Part shown: positions 1-9,557 of the stretch, piece by piece
How positions within the stretch are numbered: the first letter of the stretch is position 1
Layout: every line of letters starts with the position of its first letter
Source of the DNA: Flavobacteriales bacterium
GTDB lineage: Bacteria > Bacteroidota > Bacteroidia > Flavobacteriales_D > Parvicellaceae
Length of the DNA: 64,000 nt
Assembly (NCBI GenBank): GCA_020631555.1
Contig: JAHDGY010000001.1
Location: 45,435-109,434, forward strand
Direction: 5' to 3'
Program-made: the position numbers and the translations under genes
Notes under the pieces: generated by a model
What the model saw: only the letters and a program-made list of their open reading frames with translations
The model's database searches: none
What the model was told of the DNA's origin: nothing

Positions 1-451
1 CCGGCAACAAGTCAAGACATGTATGCGGTTCGCGAATTAATAATGGAACTTGCTATTTATGAAAAAGCTCCTCAAGAGGTTTCGATCACCGTTCAACAGC
101 TAATTGAAGATGGGTTTGGCAACAAACCTAAATTTGGTTGCAAAGTAGCAGAAGAAAATTCCTCTGTTGTTGGATTTGTTTTATTCTTCGAATGCTACAG
201 CACCTGGAAAGGCAATTCGCTTTTTCTCGAAGATTTTATTGATTACTGAATCAGCACGCAGGAGGGGTATTGGTCAACTATTATTTGATTCTGTTGTAGA
301 AAAGGCAAAACAAATTGGGGCGCACCGGTTGGACTGGCACGTTCTTGAGTGGAATGAACCTGCAATCCGGTTCTATAAAAAGCAGCAAGCATCGCTGGAT
401 CCCGAATGGAGTATTGGAAGAATCATTAAAGATCAGATGGTCAGCATTTAA
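1..451 (+). pseudogene. GNAT-family N-acetyltransferase (diamine/SSAT-like). The 5' end is cut by the window edge and the frame is broken by a 1-nt shift near 236-247.
   Basis: Frame 1 is open from base 1 and reads ...YEKAPQEV...GFVLFFECYSTWKGNSLFLEDFIDY, stopping at 247-249. Frame 2 continues with the acetyl-CoA-binding half, ...TESARRRGIGQLLFDSVVEKAKQIGAHRLDWHVLEWNEPAIRFYKK, to the stop at 449-451. The two pieces together make one ordinary GNAT fold; neither is complete alone. Confidence 0.6.
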
Positions 452-705
452 GAAAAAACTCATTTTTTTCTAGCTAAAATTCCAGCTGAAAACAACGCGA
501 ATAAAATCTAAAGTCCCTAACTTACTATCCCGTCAGGGAAAGGCTTGATCTTAATCTGATAGCAATTCTCATCTCTCGCTAATCACCGGGAAATATCTAT
601 CCGGACACCGGGCGATCGTTAATTCACACTTTACTATCAGGTTACGAAGATCGTGACAAGCTATTGGAATTGGTTAAATTTCGCTTTGAGGGCGAATAAT
701 TAAGT

Positions 706-1698
706 ATGACACAGCATCAAATATTGGTAGATAATTGGGGAAGAAAACATGATTATTTGCGCATCTCATTGCTGGAGCACTGCAATTTAAAATGTACATA
801 CTGCGCGCCAGTCAACGGCATCGCACACCGCCCATCGAGTGAATACATGAGCCGTGATGAGTTGTTTACGATTGCTCAAACGTTTGTTGACCTAGGCGTC
901 AACAAAATTAGACTAACCGGAGGGGAGCCATTGGTTAAAAAAGACTTCGCTGCAATTGCACTTGGGCTTAAAGAAATGAATGTCAAAATGCATCTTACAA
1001 CGAATGGGGTTTTGGTAGACAACCATATCGATACTCTGATCAAGGCTGGAATTCAGCAAATAAATGTGAGCATTGACAGCTTAAACCCTCGTCAGTTCGA
1101 TAAGATTACAATGACCAAGAATCTGCTTCCGAAAATAATTGGCAACATAAGACTTCTTTTGTCCGAAGGCTTTCAAGTAAAAATCAACGCAGTGTCCCTA
1201 AAAGACTTTACTGAGGAATTGGCAATGGACCTTATTCTTTGGACCAAAAAAAATCCTATTGACGTTCGATTTATTGAGTTTATGCCATTTGATGGCAACA
1301 AATGGCATCTGGACAAGCTATTGAGTCAGCATATGCTAATGCGTTTAATCAGCCAAGAATATCCGATTGACACCTGGTCTCGAATTTCTAGTCATTCCAG
1401 TGACACTGCAACGAAATATCGACTACCTGGATTTCGAGGAACAATTGGCTTTATAAGTACCATAAGCAATCCGTTTTGTGGCGGTTGTAACCGACTTCGA
1501 ATAACCGCAGACGGGAAACTTAAAAACTGTTTATTCTCCTCCCAAGAAGCCGATTTACTAGGAGCGCTTCGCGAAGGAAATGATCTGCTCCCGCTAATTG
1601 CATCCTGTGTTTCAAACAAAAAACAACGATGGGCTGGGATTGAATCCTTCGCAGATTATGATCCGAAAGCACGGAGTATGATTGCAATTGGCGGATAA
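706..1698 (+). CDS. moaA: GTP 3',8-cyclase (molybdenum cofactor biosynthesis protein A)
   Basis: 330-aa ORF. It has the radical-SAM box CNLKCTYC near the N-terminus, a GGEPL motif, second-cluster cysteines in FCGGCNRLRITADGKLKNC, and a terminal GG. Confidence 0.9.
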   Translation: MTQHQILVDNWGRKHDYLRISLLEHCNLKCTYCAPVNGIAHRPSSEYMSRDELFTIAQTFVDLGVNKIRLTGGEPLVKKDFAAIALGLKEMNVKMHLTTNGVLVDNHIDTLIKAGIQQINVSIDSLNPRQFDKITMTKNLLPKIIGNIRLLLSEGFQVKINAVSLKDFTEELAMDLILWTKKNPIDVRFIEFMPFDGNKWHLDKLLSQHMLMRLISQEYPIDTWSRISSHSSDTATKYRLPGFRGTIGFISTISNPFCGGCNRLRITADGKLKNCLFSSQEADLLGALREGNDLLPLIASCVSNKKQRWAGIESFADYDPKARSMIAIGG

Positions 1699-1728
1699 GG
1701 TTTTTACATTCGTAACACATTCTACTCT

Positions 1729-2535
1729 ATGGCTAAGCCTTATCATATTATCCAGCCAACCTCTAAAAGGGTTCCGATTATTATAAGCGTACCACATTGC
1801 GGGTCGCAATTTCCAGATGAGTTGGCAGGTCATTTTAGAGAGGACTTAGCGCAAAATCCTGATGATACTGATTTTGAAGTAGACCGACTGTACGGGTTTG
1901 CAGCGGAAATGGGAATCACAATGATTCACTCGCATTATTGTCGTTGGGTCATAGATTTGAACCGAACACCCAACGGAAAGTCGCTCTACTCAGACGGACG
2001 AATAATTACGGCCCTTACACCAACAACAAACTTTTTCAACGATCCGATTTATAAAAATCAAGAATTGGAGCCCAATGAGGAAGAAATTGAACGCAGAAAA
2101 TCGCAATACTATATTCCATACCATGACAAGTTGAATGACACAATTCATGAACTGAGAGCAGAATTTGGCAAAGTCATTTTATGGGAAGCACACTCTATTC
2201 GATCAAAAGTCCCTGCAATTCATAAAGACCGGTTTCCTGACCTGATATTAGGAGACAATGATGGAAATACCGCCGATCATGAAGTAGTGCGGCTTGCAAG
2301 TACAGGACTAAAACAAGGTGATTTTGAACTGACTTACAATTTTCCTTTTAAAGGTGGATACATAACTCGGCTCTTTGGTGACCCCGAAAATGGAGTGCAT
2401 GCCATTCAGTTGGAAATGGTAAAATCACTTTACATGGACGATCTGGAAGTTGAATTTAATGAGGAAAGAGCCGAAAAAGTGAGAAGTATTTTAAAGCCAA
2501 CATTCGAAAGTTTGATACATTGGATTTCCAATTAA
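1729..2535 (+). CDS. hutG: N-formylglutamate amidohydrolase (FGase family)
   Basis: 268-aa ORF with family-typical strings IIISVPHCGSQFP, VIDLNR, ILWEAHSI, LILGDNDGNT, PFKGGYITR and HAIQLEM. Confidence 0.75.
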   Translation: MAKPYHIIQPTSKRVPIIISVPHCGSQFPDELAGHFREDLAQNPDDTDFEVDRLYGFAAEMGITMIHSHYCRWVIDLNRTPNGKSLYSDGRIITALTPTTNFFNDPIYKNQELEPNEEEIERRKSQYYIPYHDKLNDTIHELRAEFGKVILWEAHSIRSKVPAIHKDRFPDLILGDNDGNTADHEVVRLASTGLKQGDFELTYNFPFKGGYITRLFGDPENGVHAIQLEMVKSLYMDDLEVEFNEERAEKVRSILKPTFESLIHWISN

Positions 2536-2544
2536 ATTCGGAAA

Positions 2545-3924
2545 ATGAAGACGTATCAGTTTAAGGGTATTTTAACCAATTCAGGTTGGCTTGCGCCAGC
2601 ATTCATTAGTGTTGATGAAAATGGATTGGTAACCGAAATATCCAACGCCAATGTAAAAAACACTCAAGATCTAGAACAAGTTGATGGATATGCAATTCCC
2701 GGATTTCAAAACACACACTCACATGCTTTCCAATATGCCATGGCTGGACTTGCCGAAAAACACGACGGTCCGAATCAAGATGATTTTTGGGGTTGGCGAG
2801 AAACTATGTATCAGCTCGCCTTATCCCTAAACCCCGACCAACTTGAGGCTGTTGCTGCCATGCTGTACAGTGAAATGATTCGACATGGTTATACCCAGGT
2901 TGCAGAATTCCATTACCTACATCACGACACCAATGGTTCGGCTTATTCCAACTTGGGAGAAATGGGATCGCGGCTTGTTGCTGCTGCTCAAAAAGTAGGA
3001 CTCAAAATAACCTTAGTACCAATCTTCTATCAGAAAGGCGGATTCGGAAAAGATCCAAACGAACACCAGCGTCGATTCATTAGTGAAACGACTGAAGATT
3101 ACTATCGCTTATTTGAAGCATCGGAAGAAGTTTGCAAAGACTATCCAGGCGCAAATGTTGCCTATGGTTTCCATTCCTTGAGAGGGGTGGACTTGAACGA
3201 TGTCAAAAAAGTTTGCAACGATAGGAAAACAGATATTCCAATTCATATCCACATAGCTGAGCAGCTAAAAGAAATTGAAGATTGTGTTGCTTTCACAGGG
3301 CAACGTCCCGTTGAATGGCTCACCAATTCTGTGGAAGTAAACAATGACTTTCATTTAGTTCATGCCACTCATTTAACAGACGAAGAAGTATCCGCAATAG
3401 CAAAATCGCGAGCTTACGTATCCATTTGTCCAAGCACTGAAGGAAATTTAGGCGATGGAATTTTTCCACTCCGAACGTTTCAAACCTTAGGAGGAAAATG
3501 GAGTATTGGAACTGACAGTCATGTAGGCTTAAATCCCTTCGAAGAGTTGCGAATTTTAGATTATGGCCAACGTTTAATTTCACACAAAAGAGACACTTTT
3601 TACTCGAACGAAAGGCAAGACGGTGGAGATTTCGCTATTGACATGTGGCTAAAATCTGGAAGGAAAGCCATGGGTAATTCAACCGAGGAATACTTCGCCA
3701 AAGGCATGCCCTTTGATGCGATTGTGATGGATGCAAAACATCCCATGGTAAGTATGTCGTCACATTCAAGTTTACTCTCCACATTCTTATATTCAACCGA
3801 TACAGCGATTCAGCTGGGCACAATAACCAATGGGCGCTGGCAAGTTAAAGATGGTGTGCACTGCAAACGCGAAGAAATTTACCACGATTTTTCACGAGCA
3901 ATTAAGGAAGTTGGAATCCGGTAA
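2545..3924 (+). CDS. hutF: formimidoylglutamate deiminase
   Basis: 459-aa ORF with amidohydrolase-superfamily metal-ligand strings NTHSHAFQ, HIHIAEQ, LVHATHL and IGTDSH. It starts 10 nt after the FGase gene, the usual hutF/hutG pairing. Confidence 0.75.
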   Translation: MKTYQFKGILTNSGWLAPAFISVDENGLVTEISNANVKNTQDLEQVDGYAIPGFQNTHSHAFQYAMAGLAEKHDGPNQDDFWGWRETMYQLALSLNPDQLEAVAAMLYSEMIRHGYTQVAEFHYLHHDTNGSAYSNLGEMGSRLVAAAQKVGLKITLVPIFYQKGGFGKDPNEHQRRFISETTEDYYRLFEASEEVCKDYPGANVAYGFHSLRGVDLNDVKKVCNDRKTDIPIHIHIAEQLKEIEDCVAFTGQRPVEWLTNSVEVNNDFHLVHATHLTDEEVSAIAKSRAYVSICPSTEGNLGDGIFPLRTFQTLGGKWSIGTDSHVGLNPFEELRILDYGQRLISHKRDTFYSNERQDGGDFAIDMWLKSGRKAMGNSTEEYFAKGMPFDAIVMDAKHPMVSMSSHSSLLSTFLYSTDTAIQLGTITNGRWQVKDGVHCKREEIYHDFSRAIKEVGIR

Positions 3925-3935
3925 TCAATCAAAAA

Positions 3936-6230
3936 TTAACGTTTTTCTATCGAAATCACTACCAGCTTACTCGTAGGAGTATTGCTAATTTCGGCAACAC
4001 TATTGATCGGAACTAGTACATTAGTTTCTGGAAAATAAGTTGCTGTGCACCGTCTTGGTATTGGGTAAGAAACCACAAGAAAGTTGTCTGCACGTCGTAT
4101 TTCTCCTTCAAAACGACCTATTAAATTAACCTTTTGATTTTCAACCAAATTTTCAGATTTCATATCCTCAGAATTCATTAGCACTACCCTACGTTCATTG
4201 TAGATCCCTCTGTAACGGTCGTGAAGCCCATATACCGTGGTATTATACTGATCATGAGTCCTAATGGTCATCATTTTATACTGTCCAGCATTCAAGTTGT
4301 GGAATGGAACAGGATTGATAGTGAAATTGGCTTTACCAGTTTTGGTTGGTTCAAAATTAGCGGCTCGTGCATTGTTTGGCAAATAAAATCCTTGCGGCTC
4401 CCGAACTTTTTGATTGTAAAATTCAAATCCCGGAACTACTTTCTCAATAACATCGCGAATGTTATCGTAATTCTCAATCATTTTATCCCAATCGACAGAG
4501 CTTTTGGCTCCTAACGTCGCTTTAGCAAGACTTGCTACAATATCTGGTTCGCTCAACAACAAAGTAGATGCAGGCTTTAGATTGCCTTGGGTACTGTGCA
4601 CAACTCCCATGGAATTTTCAACGCTTAAAAACTGTTCACCTGTTTTTTGAACGTCCTTTTCGGAACGCCCCAAACAAGGTAAAATCAATGCGGTTTTCCC
4701 ATGAATCAAATGACTTCGATTGGGTTTTGTAGATACATGAACCGTAAGATCACAATTTCGTAAAGCCTCTCCACAAAATTCGGTGTCTGGTGAAGCACTC
4801 AAAAAATTTCCTCCCAACGCAAAGAACACCTTAGCTTTACCCCCATGCATTGCCTTAATTGCATCCACCACATCATACCCGTGATCCCTTGGAGCACTAA
4901 ATGAAAACACTTCATCAAGTTTCTGCAAAAACGACTCCTTGGGCTTCTCCCAAATGCCCATTGTCCGATCGCCCTGCACATTTGAATGACCCCGAACCGG
5001 ACAGGTTCCTGCTCCGGGCTTACCTATACTACCTTTGAGTAAAAGCAGATTAACAACTTCTCTTATATTCTGGACCCCATTGCGATGTTGCGTCAATCCC
5101 ATAGCCCAACAAATAATAATTTTGTCGTTATTCATTATTATTTGCGCTGCCTGTCTAACTAATGACTCTTCCACCCCTGATTCCAATACACATTGGTCGA
5201 AATCGTTTGTTTTTAAATCGGTGACAAACCCCTCGTAACCTGCAGTTTTTTCTTGAATGAACCGATGATCGAACACTCCACCATTCTTCTCCTCTTCAGC
5301 CAACATAATCAAGAGGGTAGCCTTCAAGAGCGCTACATCTCCATTAATTGTTACTGGCAAATGCAAATCAGCCAATTCAGTTCCAGAACCAATTAACTCT
5401 AAGGGAGATTGAGGATCCTTAAACCGCATTAATCCAGCTTCAGGAAGAGGATTAATTGAAATGATTTTACCTCCATTCTTTTTTGTTTCCTTAAGGGCCG
5501 ACAGCATTCTAGGGTGATTTGTACCGGGATTTTGCCCAATAACGATAACCAAATCCGCCTTATCAAAATCCTGAAGTGTGACCGACCCTTTTCCTATTCC
5601 TAGAGTCTCAGAAAGTGCTGCTCCACTAGATTCATGGCACATATTGGAACAATCTGGCAAATTGTTAGTTCCAAACTGCCGAACAAATAATTGATAAAGA
5701 AACGCGGCCTCATTGCTAGTTCGTCCTGAAGTGTAAAAAACGGCCTCATTTGGAGATTCAAGAGAATTCAACTGTTCTGCAATTAGCTGAAAAGCATCAG
5801 ACCATTTTATTTCTTCATAATGGCTTGAATCTTCGCGCAGAATCAAAGGGTGTGTTAGGCGCCCCGACTTGCCTATCCAATAATCGGATTTAGACGCTAA
5901 ATCAGCCACAGAATGTTGTTTGAAAAATTCTGGACCAACCCTCTTCATCGTTGCTTCCTCGGCGATGGCTTTTACCCCATTTTCACAATATTCGGCTAAA
6001 AAGGCTCTCTTTTCGTCCGGATCAGGCCAAGCACAACCTGGGCAATCAAACCCCTTCTTCTGATTCATCTGTTTAAGTAGACCTATACCCTGACCTAAGG
6101 TCATTTCATCACGAATATGATCAATCGATGACTTTATCGCCTTACCACCAGCTGCGTAATTGGCTGGTTTGGTCTTTCTAATCCCAGTAAATTCCTCAGG
6201 CGGTTGAGCATTAGTTTTTTTGCCATTCAT
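3936..6230 (-). CDS. FdhF/YdeP-family molybdopterin oxidoreductase (formate dehydrogenase-like catalytic subunit)
   Basis: 764-aa ORF. The N-terminal Cys cluster (GFDCPGCAWPD...EYCENG) is followed by molybdopterin-oxidoreductase-length domains. It has the YdeP-type N-terminus KPANYAAGGKAI. The frame is uninterrupted, so there is no in-frame TGA and no selenocysteine signal. It lies directly downstream of fdhD. Confidence 0.8.
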   Translation of the reverse strand: MNGKKTNAQPPEEFTGIRKTKPANYAAGGKAIKSSIDHIRDEMTLGQGIGLLKQMNQKKGFDCPGCAWPDPDEKRAFLAEYCENGVKAIAEEATMKRVGPEFFKQHSVADLASKSDYWIGKSGRLTHPLILREDSSHYEEIKWSDAFQLIAEQLNSLESPNEAVFYTSGRTSNEAAFLYQLFVRQFGTNNLPDCSNMCHESSGAALSETLGIGKGSVTLQDFDKADLVIVIGQNPGTNHPRMLSALKETKKNGGKIISINPLPEAGLMRFKDPQSPLELIGSGTELADLHLPVTINGDVALLKATLLIMLAEEEKNGGVFDHRFIQEKTAGYEGFVTDLKTNDFDQCVLESGVEESLVRQAAQIIMNNDKIIICWAMGLTQHRNGVQNIREVVNLLLLKGSIGKPGAGTCPVRGHSNVQGDRTMGIWEKPKESFLQKLDEVFSFSAPRDHGYDVVDAIKAMHGGKAKVFFALGGNFLSASPDTEFCGEALRNCDLTVHVSTKPNRSHLIHGKTALILPCLGRSEKDVQKTGEQFLSVENSMGVVHSTQGNLKPASTLLLSEPDIVASLAKATLGAKSSVDWDKMIENYDNIRDVIEKVVPGFEFYNQKVREPQGFYLPNNARAANFEPTKTGKANFTINPVPFHNLNAGQYKMMTIRTHDQYNTTVYGLHDRYRGIYNERRVVLMNSEDMKSENLVENQKVNLIGRFEGEIRRADNFLVVSYPIPRRCTATYFPETNVLVPINSVAEISNTPTSKLVVISIEKR

Positions 6231-6242
6231 ATTTACAATGTA

Positions 6243-7088
6243 CTACTTATAATTCTTCAACCGAGCAGGATTTGAATAGCAAGTAGCCCTTCCATTCCTG
6301 CAAAATCCAAAAATCGTAATCCCAAATTCTTTTGCATAATCAATCGCTAAGGTGCTTGGGGCAGAAACTGCCGCCAGAATCGGAATTTTTGCAGCGAAAC
6401 ATTTCGTTACAATCTCATAAGAAATTCTACCACTAACAAGCAGAATGTTAGCAGCACGGATCTTTTTCGACAACAACAATTTACCTACAACTTTGTCAAC
6501 CGCATTGTGCCTTCCAATGTCCTCTGAAATAGCAATTAGCTCTTCATTTTTTGAAAAAACTGCCGCTGCATGACATCCTCCGGTGCGATCAAACGACTTT
6601 TGACCTTGTCGCATTTTAAGGAAAAGATTTGTCAAGCGGCCAACATTAATCTGATTCAAATTGTCTAATTTGTCCCCAGCCACCTGAATATCTTTCAATT
6701 CCTTTTTTCCACAAATACCACAAGATGAAACCGAAAGTAGAGATCGACCACTCAGAAAACCATCGCCTAAATGTTCTGGATCTACCAAAACATTGACCGA
6801 TTTCAGAAACCCTTGTTCGGTTTGTTCCAAATCCCCAAGCTGGAAGGGCACATTCGACCTGTACACATCTTCTGAATAAAGTAAACCTGCCACGAGCTCC
6901 AGCTCATCTCCAGGCGTACGCATAATGATGGTATACGGCTCACCATTTATTTTGATTTGAAGTGCTTCCTCAGCAAGAAGAACATCCTTTTGCAATCGAC
7001 AATCTTCTCCTTCACAATAAATGGCTTCGTAAGCACTACTTGAATCCACAATCGGACTAGGATAACCCTGAAACAACTCCATTGTCAT
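6243..7088 (-). CDS. fdhD: formate dehydrogenase accessory sulfurtransferase FdhD
   Basis: 281-aa ORF with the conserved cysteine loop SVSSCGICGKK and the string IGRHNAVDKV. Its start overlaps the fhs 3' end by 26-32 nt, depending on whether ATG 7088 or 7082 is used. Confidence 0.85.
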   Translation of the reverse strand: MTMELFQGYPSPIVDSSSAYEAIYCEGEDCRLQKDVLLAEEALQIKINGEPYTIIMRTPGDELELVAGLLYSEDVYRSNVPFQLGDLEQTEQGFLKSVNVLVDPEHLGDGFLSGRSLLSVSSCGICGKKELKDIQVAGDKLDNLNQINVGRLTNLFLKMRQGQKSFDRTGGCHAAAVFSKNEELIAISEDIGRHNAVDKVVGKLLLSKKIRAANILLVSGRISYEIVTKCFAAKIPILAAVSAPSTLAIDYAKEFGITIFGFCRNGRATCYSNPARLKNYK

Positions 7089-8751
7089 CGATACTCATTC
7101 CCTCAGAAGCTGGAATCGATGGTAATCCTGGCATTCTCATCATCTTCCCTAGAATAGGAATTATGAACCCCGCACCTGCTGCATATTCAAATTCTCGGAC
7201 GTTGACGGTAAAATTGGTTGGACGAGCTCTTAATTTATCATTATCCGATAACGATTTCTGCGTTTTAGCCATACAAATTGGCAGCTTAGATAGACCCAAC
7301 TGTTCTATTTTCGAAAGATCGCTAAGTGCCTTTTTACTGTACTCAACGCCATTGGCCCCGTACACTTCCTTCGCTATAATCTCAATTTTATCTCTAACTG
7401 GAAGAGCCCAGTCGTACAAAGGTTTAAATTCATTATTACCACCTTCAACTTCTTCAACAACTTTTTGTGCTAGAAGCTGCATTCCTTCACCACCATGAGC
7501 AAACCCTCTTGCCACAACCGCATTAACTCCCATTTCCTCACATTTGGCAATAACAAAATCAACTTCCTGCTCCGAATCAGTTGGAAAAGCATTAATAGCC
7601 ACAACCGGATTCAATCCAAACTTTTGACAATTTTCGATATGCTTGGCCAGATTCGCAAACCCAGTCTCGACGTTGGATACGCTCACTGAATTCAACTCTT
7701 CCTTACTTGCCCCTCCATGATGACGAAGCGCTCGAATCGTTGCTACAAGGACCAATGCCTTTGGCGAAAGACCAGCCGAAACACATTTTATATTGAGAAA
7801 TTTCTCGGCCCCAAGATCAGCTCCAAAACCTGCTTCAGTAACAACGTAATCTGATAGCGACAGCCCCATTTTTGTGGCCAAAATAGTGTTAGTTCCTTGA
7901 GCAATGTTGGCAAAAGGGCCTCCGTGAATTATAGCAGGATTTCCTTCTAGCGTTTGAACAAGATTAGGATTTATAGCGTCTTTTAGTAAAATTGCCATTG
8001 CATTTTCTGCCTTCAAGTCACGCGCGTAAACGGGACGTTTATCAAATGTAAAACCGATAAATATATTACCTAATCTTCTCTTTAAATCTTCCATGGAAGA
8101 AGCCATACAAAGAATTGCCATGACCTCGGAAGCTGGAGTGATGTTAAATCCATCCTGGCGCGGTATTCCGTTTGCTGTCCCGCCCAAACCAATGGTAATG
8201 TCTCGCAATGCGCGGTCATTCATATCCATTACTCGTTTCCAAACAATGGTTCTTGGATCAATTTTCAAGTTGCGAGTTTTGCTCTGAATGTTATTGTCTA
8301 TAAGGGCAGATAACAAATTGTTTGCTTTCTCAACAGCCGAAAAATCTCCTGTAAAATGCAGGTTAATATCCTCCATAGGTACAACCTGAGAATATCCACC
8401 TCCGGCAGCGCCTCCCTTGATTCCGAATACCGGACCTAAGGACGGCTCTCTTAATACAGCAACAGCCTGCTTTCCAATTTTGTTCAATCCTTCCGTGAGT
8501 CCAATTGAAGTGGTGGTTTTACCCTCACCGGCAGGAGTTGGGGTAAGTGCAGTAACCAAGATAAGGTTGTTTTGCTGTATTTTGCTTTCATTTACCAAGT
8601 TAAGAGGCAGTTTAGCTTTATACTTACCATACCATTCTATACTCTCCTCATCTACACCTATTTTACTCGCAATGTCACCAATTGGCTCCATTACATTTGC
8701 TTGTGCAATTTCAATATCCGACGGAAATTTTGTCTGTACCTGTTCACTCAT
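7057..8751 (-). CDS. fhs: formate--tetrahydrofolate ligase
   Basis: 564-aa ORF with the P-loop TPTPAGEGKTTT. It resembles Fhs over its full length, including EPSLGPVFGIKGGAAGGGY. Confidence 0.95.
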   Translation of the reverse strand: MSEQVQTKFPSDIEIAQANVMEPIGDIASKIGVDEESIEWYGKYKAKLPLNLVNESKIQQNNLILVTALTPTPAGEGKTTTSIGLTEGLNKIGKQAVAVLREPSLGPVFGIKGGAAGGGYSQVVPMEDINLHFTGDFSAVEKANNLLSALIDNNIQSKTRNLKIDPRTIVWKRVMDMNDRALRDITIGLGGTANGIPRQDGFNITPASEVMAILCMASSMEDLKRRLGNIFIGFTFDKRPVYARDLKAENAMAILLKDAINPNLVQTLEGNPAIIHGGPFANIAQGTNTILATKMGLSLSDYVVTEAGFGADLGAEKFLNIKCVSAGLSPKALVLVATIRALRHHGGASKEELNSVSVSNVETGFANLAKHIENCQKFGLNPVVAINAFPTDSEQEVDFVIAKCEEMGVNAVVARGFAHGGEGMQLLAQKVVEEVEGGNNEFKPLYDWALPVRDKIEIIAKEVYGANGVEYSKKALSDLSKIEQLGLSKLPICMAKTQKSLSDNDKLRARPTNFTVNVREFEYAAGAGFIIPILGKMMRMPGLPSIPASEGMSIDDNGVVSGLS

Positions 8752-8928
8752 AGTATAAAATTGTTCAATTCTGAAGTGCGAAAAATTAAGAAATGCCGTT
8801 GTCTAAAGCTATGAACTTTTGTTAAATTATTGAAAAATTGCAGTACAATCAAAATAATGTTATTGATTCGAACAAGCGGAGAGTGTTCGTTCAAGTCTTT
8901 CTGAGGTTTAAAAAATAACTTTGGAACG

Positions 8929-9482
8929 ATGTCAGAATTTACAAAAGAAGAATTAGCAGAGATGCAATCTGCGTTTACCAAGCAATTTCGCACAGGTCAG
9001 TCAGTATTTGGAAAAGGAGGAGCGCTAGGGCCATTATTTAAGCAGTTTTTGGAGACGGCTTTAGAAGCTTAACTACAGGAACATTTAGCTACTTCAGATG
9101 GTTTATCAGGTAATAAACGTAATGGTCATAAGAGCAAACGAGTTAAAACTTCAGAGGGAGAAGTAGAGATTTCTACTCCTCAGGATCGCAACAGCAGTTT
9201 TGCCCCTCAAATCATCAAAAAACGTAAACGGATATTGGCCGATAATCTGGAAGACAAGATTATAGGCATGTACTCTTTAGGTATGAGTTACCGCGATATT
9301 TCTGCACATATCGAGGATATGTATGATATGCAAATATCGCCATCAGTGCTTAGGCAGTGTCGTCACGAAAATATATTATCTTTCGAAGAAAATGGTCTTC
9401 TCCATTGCAAAACTGGGCGTTGACCATTCAACAATTAAAAATTAAATTTGGAGATAGAATTAAACTTGATTTAGAATCGTGA
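8929..9482 (+). pseudogene. IS256-family transposase remnant (nonsense codon, internal deletion, foreign IS end inserted)
   Basis: From ATG 8929 the frame reads ...GPLFKQFLETALEA, then TAA at 9070-9072, then LQEHL...NKRNGHKSKRVKTSEGEVEISTPQDRNSSFAPQIIKKRKRILADNLEDKIIGMYSLGMSYRDISAHIEDMYDMQISPSVL. It breaks at about 9350. A different frame at 9405-9482 encodes QNWALTIQQLKIKFGDRIKLDLES plus a stop, the typical IS256 transposase C-terminus. The DDE core is absent. Confidence 0.75.
9351..9404 (+). repeat. Solo terminal fragment of the IS5-like element found at 16891-17121
   Basis: TAGGCAGTGTCGTCACGAAAATATATTATCTTTCGAAGAAAATGGTCTTCTC closely matches the reverse complement of 17070-17121, TAGATGGTGTCGTCACGAAAATATATTCCCTTTCGAAGAAAATTGTCTTCTC. 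Confidence 0.7.
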
Positions 9483-9557
9483 TTTTTTCAAAAATCACGA
9501 GCCTCAGACAGACTTTAAAAAACACTCCCAAATTCCCCGAACGATCCCCTTGCAAAA

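Larger units (their letters stand above)
8879..9529 (+). mobile_element. Decayed IS256-family insertion sequence (internally deleted, non-autonomous)
   Basis: Imperfect terminal inverted repeats bound the element: GAGAGTGTTCGTTCAAGTCTTTCTGAGG at 8879, and the reverse complement GGGAGTGTTTTTTAAAGTCTGTCTGAGG ending at 9529. The interior holds only N- and C-terminal pieces of a mutator/IS256-type transposase. Confidence 0.75.

Noticed and set aside
452-472. A/T-only hairpin AGAAAAAA-CTCAT-TTTTTTCT right after the GNAT stop, considered as a terminator.
   Set aside because: The stem is made entirely of A-U pairs and is too weak to call.
8748-8993. 81-aa minus-strand ORF, and the 62-aa plus-strand ORF at 9235-9423.
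   Set aside because: The first crosses the IS terminal repeat and the fhs promoter region and has no motifs. The second is simply a continuation of the broken IS256 transposase frame.
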